Below, in pieces: positions 55,882 through 64,000 of a stretch of DNA of 64,000 nt. Location of the stretch: assembly GCF_006345805.1 (NCBI RefSeq), contig NC_043004.1, positions 73,718,001 through 73,782,000 of the forward strand. Direction: 5' to 3'. How positions within the stretch are numbered: the stretch's first letter is position 1; each line of letters starts with the position of its first letter. This DNA comes from Octopus sinensis (taxonomy: Eukaryota). The notes beneath the pieces were generated by a model, which was not told the origin of the DNA, searched no databases, and was given only the letters and a program-made list of their open reading frames with translations. Both the position numbers and the translations under genes were made by a program.

Positions 55882-56163
55882 TTATAAGCGATTACCGCGC
55901 ATTGGCCAAAGAAAATAGTTTAATAATGGTGTATTAATTAGATTTTCCCGTACGCGTAAATCTGACGGAAAGAAATAATTATAGTTCTTAAATCTGACAA
56001 AAAGTCACAGCTTGTGCGTTGGTATAAATGGCTAGCATACTTGTCACGATAATAAAGAGGTGTGGGTTCGAGTACCACGCGTAAGGGAAAAACCTACTTT
56101 TTTTCCGTCGAAGGTCCATTATTAGACTATTTTCTTTAGTCATTGCGCGGTGATCGCTTATAA
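55882..56163 (+). mobile_element. TIR element (48 bp TIRs) enclosing a tRNA-Asp-like Pol III cassette
   Basis: TIRs 55882-55929 and 56116-56163. Cassette about 56011-56085, T7 run at about 56098-56104. Confidence 0.75.
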
Positions 56164-56257
56164 GCTTATAAAATACTATTATAAATATACATATTACTAA
56201 ACTGCACGGTTCATGCTTTCGATCGCACTAATATTACTATCTATTATTTATCTATCT

Positions 56258-57265
56258 ATTATCATTATGACCCGTCGTTGCCGGGTCATAGTGCTAGTGC
56301 ATGTATATATGTGTATATATATGTGTACATATTACATGTACATCTATATATATACATCTACACATGAAATACAAAATACAAAGTTATATCTTGATATCGC
56401 TAGTGATAACAATACTCAAAATATGTAACAGACTGGAGTTGTTAGCCCGTCTCTTGTAATTTCGATCAATTGTATCTTGTCCTCCCTCTTGTATAGAAGT
56501 GTGGCTACAATCCAGCCTACCTCAACTTCTGGTGGGGGCACATTTTTAATTTTTATCCGGCACGTCCTACGTCCCAGATATAAAGGTAAAAATAAAATAT
56601 TTCCACTTTGCAAGTTCGAGTCGAGTACTCCCTTGCACGCTCAGTTGACTCGAACCTTGCTTCTATTGTGGCGAATTTACCGCCTCTGGTTAGATATCTT
56701 TCATAGTCGCACCAAGACACTTTTCGATGGTGCTTTCCTCCAGGTGTTCAAATCTTCTTTTTCTCTACATTGTATACTTTATAGACAATAGTCTTTTCTT
56801 TAATTTAATTTTTTATTATCCATCCATTTCTGCACGCTAAATTTATTTTCAATTTATTCCCATTCATGTGACACCACTTATTCAAGTTCAAGTCATTGAT
56901 GCAATTTTATACTAATTGCTATTTTTACTTTTGTTATGTTACGATTATATCATACTTTAGTTTGATTTTAATTATTACTTACTACATATAATTCAATTGT
57001 TATTATTATTTTTATTGTTAAAGTGAAAGTATCTGACATAAAATAGAGAAATGTTTTTGTTTCACTTTTAACACGTAATATTGAAATAGTGGAGAAGATA
57101 TGATATTGGTATGGGCTCGCCCTAGGCAAAAAGTTGAACAATTTTTTTTCCCCATGAAACTACATGGACCCTAAGTAAGGCATGTGTAAAATTTGAATGA
57201 AATTGGTGGTGTAGTTCTCAAGTTTTAGGGAAACACACAGACAGACAGACACACATTCTCAGTTT

Positions 57266-57276
<11 letters not shown>
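56258..57276 (-). mobile_element. Helitron family R long copy with an extra ~390 bp coding-like segment
   Basis: Homologous to 43021-43662 at both ends. The extra segment is about 56420-56800. Confidence 0.82.
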
Positions 57277-57326
<50 letters not shown>

Positions 57327-58175
57327 TGTCTGTGTATGCGTGTGTATGTGCATCACACATATATATATACACACACACAAACACATCATGCACTCATATG
57401 GCTGTGTATACAGGTGTGCGTGTGTATCTATGTGTATATACATATATGAGTGGGATTGTGTCGCACGCGAGCACAGGAAAGCTCTAGGCTAGTAATCAAT
57501 CTCATACCGTAGCTCTCACCTTTTCTTTCATACGTACATTTCGTCTTCATAAATTGTCACCAGCGTTAGGAATGATGAAATGCTAGCTGCAGGATCTGTT
57601 CGTGTGTTTTTGTGATAACCTTATATTGTCGCCGTAGCCAGACACAGATGTTATCAATCAATAAATACTTGAAAGAGAGATAAAACGAGGTGAGGTTGCA
57701 GGGATTTTGAAATATAGACATAGGATTATTTACTTTCCGATAGCTTGTTTAAATTCCAGGTGTGTCGGTGCTGAGGAATGATGCGGAATGTTCCGTTTTT
57801 ACCTGAGAAACAGAACTCCACTTCATTCGACTTCTAAATGGAGCGATGCTGTTTAAAACTGAAATATACACAGATATGCCTACAATATGTCTGTTCCCCA
57901 AGATGTGAATCCACATTTATATATTTAATTAATATATTTGATTAATAACTGAATGTCGCAAAAATATCTCAAAGGACTCTGTTGGTTTCTCTAGACTCAT
58001 TGACGAAACCAAACGAAGGCAAGACTCTGAGTTACTGTCAACCTTCTCATTGTAAAAATAATATGAAAATCTACCTAAATATCTTGGAGAAGTCCTCAAT
58101 ATATGAATTATATTTATAACTATACACAAAGGAAGTGGAATATATTCATACACTAATATGTGTGTGTGTGTGTAA

Positions 58176-58273
<98 letters not shown>

Positions 58274-58297
58274 ATGTGTGTGTATGTATACTGTACA

Positions 58298-58370
<73 letters not shown>

Positions 58371-58615
58371 GCATAATCAAGACACCATAAAGAAGAATGA
58401 AGAATAATACATCTTCAAAATTTGTTTATTACAGTATTAGTTTCATTAAATACCAATCCGACACGTGTTTCTGATGGATCAGTGTCGTTAGTGTCGTTTG
58501 ATGTAGCCTTTATGTGCATTTAGTACATATTCATCCAAGATAGACATTCCCATGCAACTTTGCTTAAGGTTTACCCATTCACACGTACATACATACATAC
58601 ATACGTATATATATG

Positions 58616-58654
<39 letters not shown>

Positions 58655-58737
58655 TATACAGACATACACAACACACATATATATACATGTGCATATATAT
58701 ATATACATATACATATATATATATATATTATATATAT

Positions 58738-58801
<64 letters not shown>

Positions 58802-58830
58802 CATATATTTATATATATATATAAATATAG

Positions 58831-59304
58831 CGTAGGAGTGGCTGTGTGATAAGTAGCTTGCTAACGAACCACATGGTTCCGTGTTCAGTCCCACTGTGTG
58901 GCATCTTGGGCAAGTGTCTTCTACTATAGCCTCGGGCCGACCAAAGCCTTGTGAGTGGATTTGGTAAACTGAACGAAGTCCGTCGTATATATGTGTATAT
59001 ATATATATAGATGTGTGTGTTTGTGTGTGTACATGTGTGTGTGTGTACATGTGTGTGTGTGTACATGTGTGTGTGTGTGTACATGTGTGTGTGTACATGT
59101 GTGTGTGTACATGTGTGTGTGTGTGTGTGTGTATAACTTTGTGTGTCTGTGTTTGTCCCCCAACATCGCTTGACAACCGATGCTGGTGTGTTTACGTCCC
59201 CGTAACTTAGCCGCTTACAAAGAATAAGTCCTGGGGTCGATTTGCTCGACTAAAGGTGGTGTTCCAGCATGCCCACAATCAAATGACTGAAACAAGTAAA
59301 AGAG
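58831..59304 (+). mobile_element. SINE family B full copy
   Basis: Head, microsatellite spacer, CR1-like tail. Confidence 0.9.
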
Positions 59305-60689
59305 TATGTGTATTATATATATATATTATACATACATATATATATATATATGTATATATGTATATATGTATGTGTGCTTGCATGTATGCATGTATGCATG
59401 TATGTATGTACGTATGCATATAGAGTATAAAGTTAATAAACATTAAAATGAACGATACAAACAGAATATATATGGCAATGGTTTAACGCTTGAGAAATTA
59501 CTCGGACGTCAGTCCTTCAGCTGCAAAAAGCAAAAAGGAAAAGAAAAACTAAGAAAGTGTGAAGCAGAAAAAGAAAGGGGAGAGAAATAGTGAGTGTATA
59601 AAAAGAAAGAGAAAACGAACAGAAAACTACAAAATTAAAAGGGAGAAAGAGATGGAGAAGGAAGGTGAAGAGTTAGAGACGAGGAGGGAATGGTGTGTTG
59701 TGGGAGAGGTGCTGAGAAGGGCGGAAGAGGCAGGAGTATAAATGTACATATTAAAATGTTACTGCATCTCGAAGCAGGCGTAAAGGGAATAGTGTTTGCG
59801 TATTTGTTGGTGTGGTGTACGTCTGTGTACAAGTGTGAAAGTTGCTTCGTAGGGGAGGGTGTATGTGTGTGTACGTGTGTATGTAATTGTTAAATTCGTA
59901 GTATTAAAGACTGTGTGTGAGGCAGGTAAGAGCGCGTGTGTTTGAATAAGAATGTTGAAAAAACACGGTGGGATGACGAGAGCAAGGCAGAAGGTGTTTT
60001 GTGTGTGCAAGTGCATAAACAATAGCTAGGATTGGTGATAAATCCTTTTTTTTTTTTCCGTTATTTTTGTTTGTTTGTTTTTTTCAAGAATGCAGCTGTG
60101 AAACAATGAAAGAATGGTTGAAAAAAATTCGAGAAACTAAAATTGGAATTTGAGAGAGAAAAGTAAGATAGGTCAAATTCCTAAAAGGAAGAAAACAATA
60201 GAAGAAATTGGTAAAATGTCCAAGAATATGGTACAGTCCGAGAAGGAGGTGAAATAATATTGATGTTACAAGGTGTAAAGCAAGCTGTTAGCACACACGA
60301 GCTGCAGAGACGAAAGAAAATAGCTGACGGAAGGAGAGAAGAATAAACGTCCTTTTTGAGAGAAGTGGGTGGAAAAGGGAAGGAAAGCAGAACAAAATAT
60401 GTGAGCGTATGAAGGAGAACTAACTGTATGTATGTATCTATCTATCTAATTATCTATCTATCTATCTCTCTGTCTGTCTGTCTGTCTATCTATCATCTAT
60501 CTATCTATCTATCTATACTTGGCAACTTGTATTGGTTTATTACGCCCTTGTAACTTAGCGGTTCGGCCAAAAGAAACGATAGGATAAGTACCTGGCTTAA
60601 AAATAAGAACTATGACCAATTTGTTCGACTAAATCCTTCAAGGCCACCAAGTTCACTGCATCACTGCAATCCAATAACTTGGAAGCACT

Positions 60690-61080
60690 CTATTCTTCCT
60701 CACTCCGTCGGTTACGACGACGAGGGTTCTGGTTGATCCGAATCAACGGAACAGCCTGCTCGTGAAATTAACGTGTAAGTGGCTGAGCACTCCACAGACA
60801 CGTGCACCCTTAACGTAGTTCTCGGGGATATTCAGCATGACACAGAGAGTGACAAGGCCGGCCCTTTGAAATACAGGTACAACAGAAACAGGAAGTAAGA
60901 ATGAGAGAAAGTTGTGGTGAAAGAGTACAGCAGGGATCACCACCATCCCCTGCCGGAGCTGCGTGGAGCTTTAGGTGTTTTCGCTCAATAAACACTCACA
61001 ACGCCCGGTCTGGGAATCGAAACCGCGATCCTATGACCGCGAGTCCGCTGCCCTAATCACTGGGCCATTGCGCCTCCACA
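60690..61080 (-). mobile_element. tRNA SINE family D, tail type 2 (shared with family C)
   Basis: Head matches 27215-27385. Tail matches 9725-9890. Confidence 0.85.
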
Positions 61081-61144
61081 ATCCAATAACTGGAACAGGT
61101 AAAACACACACACACACACATATATATATTATATAAGTATCATT

Positions 61145-61182
<38 letters not shown>

Positions 61183-61342
61183 GACACACAAATATGTACA
61201 TATGTATATGCTTGAACATACATCTTTGTCTCTCTCTGTATATATGTATATATATATATATAAAGACAACGAAAGTCCAAAGGACGTACAAAGTGAATGT
61301 ATAAATTTGACGCCGCTCAGTTTAAGATGTAAAAAAGAGTGG

Positions 61343-61375
61343 GGTGTGACGTTTTGAGCATTGCTCTTCAGAAAT
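61343..61375 (-). ncRNA. Degenerate minimal hammerhead in a pLTR relic (~61270-61440)
   Basis: CTGAAGAGC-aat-GCTC-aAAAC-GTC-acacc. G12 is mutated, so it is likely inactive. Confidence 0.5.
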
Positions 61376-62556
61376 AGGAAGAAGGAAAGGTATGGAGAGA
61401 AGATTAATCCGAGAAAAGAAGAGTCCTAGGAAAATACGTTTGTCCATTACATGGCTGATATATGACCCGCCTAGAGGTCATACGTTTTTTGCCATAATGC
61501 TCTTTCATTAGTTATTAATCATTCGAAGATATACTTTCTTTATATCCTACTTAACATGGATATCTTGCGAAAGCACCGAATACTGTGTTATTAACTTTGA
61601 GGAGATCCTCTCATATGGTGCATAAGAGCACGCACATAGGTCGTAGCAGGCAAGATTTGTCTCTCATGGGCGCCGGAATTCAGATATCACGTAATTTCAT
61701 TCTACTGGAAATCATCAGTGGGAAGCGGACAGCCTCCGCATACCAATCAAATCTCGCTGCTACAATATATAGAATATCAACATCTTTTCAGGCGCTGATC
61801 TCGCAAATAGCCAACAGAATAATCAAAAATTAATTACTAGCGACGGAAGCGGTATTAATGACAAAAGGTAAACTTTATATCCAACTTAACATGGTTGTCT
61901 TCTTCGAGCACCGAATACTGCGTTATTAGTCTTGGGAGAGCCTCTCATACAGGCGCTTGATGCATAAGAGTACACACATAGATCGTAACATACGAGAATC
62001 ACTTGTCATGAGTGCCAGAATTCTAATAATTTCCTGTTTTGCATGAACTCGCTAGCATTCTTTTTTTTTTATTATTATTATGTAAAACATAATTTGAAAA
62101 GGAAGTGCCAAAACGTTGTGTGCTTATTAAAACTGGATCTGAAATAGGAATTCGTTGCTGGATTATGAGAAACTTGAGTTAAATGTATAATGAAAGCAGG
62201 TGCAATATTTAACACCAGAAGAGCTAAACAGGTAACACTAATGGTTGTACGTTTTTTTGAAAGGTAAGAATGATTTCTAGCATGGAAAAGATACAGCTAT
62301 GAATTGAAACAGTAAGGTATTAAATACGTAATATGTACGTGCGTATATGTGTGTGTGTGCGCGAGCGTGTGTGTGTTCGTGCGTACGCATGAGTGTGTGT
62401 GTGTGTGTGTGTTTACATGCACACATATGTACGACTGAATGCAAACACGATAAAACGAACTTAATACAAAGCCAGGAATAATATCCACATTCCGTGTGCA
62501 TGTGAGTGTGTGTGTGCGCGCGTGTGTGTGTGTGTGTGTGTGTATGGATGTATGCA

Positions 62557-62598
<42 letters not shown>

Positions 62599-62654
62599 CG
62601 TTTATACACACGCACATATATATATGCATGTATATATATATATATATGTATGTA

Positions 62655-62697
<43 letters not shown>

Positions 62698-63100
62698 ATT
62701 ATTACGTTTATACATACATACATAAGCATCTTTACAAGTATATATCGATGTGTATATCTATATACATTCATACTTATACGTATTCATTCACATTCACATT
62801 CACATACAAATACACATTCGCACACACGCGTAATATATACTTACACACAGGCAAACCCATACATACATACATACAAACATATATACATGCATGCATTTTC
62901 GTACAACCTTTTGAAGTCCTCACAACATGGCCAACTCCCGCGAGTTGCGAAGAAAGAAACGCGCTTTTATAATTATTCCTTAATTATTCGGATATAAAAC
63001 CAGATTTTCTATTAAATAGCCACGCACTAAATCTTCACTTAGAATATCTGCTGAATTCTTTGTTCAATTTGGAAGAAAGTGCTTCTAAGACACACACACG

Positions 63101-63160
<60 letters not shown>

Positions 63161-63195
63161 GTGTGTATGTATATATGTATACACACACACACACT

Positions 63196-63235
<40 letters not shown>

Positions 63236-63446
63236 CATACATACCTATACATATATATTCAATTCAGTTTGGAACTCTGTTATGTCGTCTTATCTTAATT
63301 AATCCTTTCGTTGATTTCTCTTAATACCTACACACATGGATATACATTCTTAAACATGCACATACAGGCACGTATACATATACGTGTGTGGGAATGTATA
63401 TATGTGTATGTGCGCACGTGTGTGTGTGTATATATATGTATATATA

Positions 63447-63502
<56 letters not shown>

Positions 63503-63504
<2 letters not shown>

Positions 63505-63925
63505 AGAGGCTGTGTGGTAAGTAGCTTGCTTACTAACCACATAGTTCTGGGATCAGTCCCACTGCGTGGTACCTTGGGCAAGTGTCTTCTACTATAGCCT
63601 CGGGCCGACCAAAGCCTTGTGAGTGGATTTGGCAGACGAAAAATGAAAAAAAAACCGTCATATATATGTATGTATATAAATGCATGTGTGTATGTTTGTG
63701 TGTCTGTGTCCGTGTGTGTGTATGTTTGTGTGTCTATGTCCCTCGCAACATCGCTGATAACCGATGCTGGTGTGTTTACGTCTCCGTAACTTAGCGGTTC
63801 GGCAAAAGAGACCGTTTGAATAAGTACTAGGGTTACAAAGAATAAGTCCTGGGGTCGATTTGCTCGATTAAAGGCGGTGCTTCAGCATGGCCACAGTCAA
63901 ATGACTGAAACAAGTAATAGAGTAA
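63503..63925 (+). mobile_element. SINE family B full copy
   Basis: aggagaggctgtgtggtaagtagc...ggcggtgcttcagcatggccacagtcaaatgactgaaac. Confidence 0.9.
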
Positions 63926-63935
63926 ATTAGTAATC

Positions 63936-63999
<64 letters not shown>

Positions 64000-64000
64000 C

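Noticed and set aside
57975-58020. Hairpin tggtttc...gaaacca resembling a hammerhead
   Set aside because: The CUGANGA strand is not present in either orientation.

Overview
AT-rich, microsatellite-saturated eukaryotic DNA. The SINE families and repeat style suggest an octopus or other coleoid cephalopod, which is an inference. I recognise no host protein-coding gene. Almost all ORFs in the supplied track are translations of (TA)n, (CA)n or (AAT)n microsatellites, or fragments of mobile elements. The window is intergenic or intronic and contains: a decayed CR1-group LINE (1-3310, minus) and a separate CR1 3' end (24.3-25.0 kb); a young Penelope-like element (PLE; RT plus C-terminal GIY-YIG) with a 1.5 kb inverted duplication of its 3' half (15.95-19.91 kb); several other PLE or pLTR relics; two Tc1 transposase pseudogenes (DD34E and DD36E); a mariner relic; two Dong/R4-type LINE 3' ends in (AAT)n; non-autonomous Helitron-like and MITE elements; and dozens of tRNA-derived SINEs from at least five families. 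The most notable signals are (i) a tRNA-headed SINE whose tail carries a minimal hammerhead ribozyme and a PLE-style inverted tail copy, (ii) hammerhead variants from about six families, including one with an ~85 nt stem II, (iii) a TIR element enclosing a tRNA-Asp-like Pol III cassette whose orientation differs between copies, and (iv) a shared SINE/LINE 3' tail with a structure-preserving hairpin. Coordinates were counted by eye and element ends are approximate.
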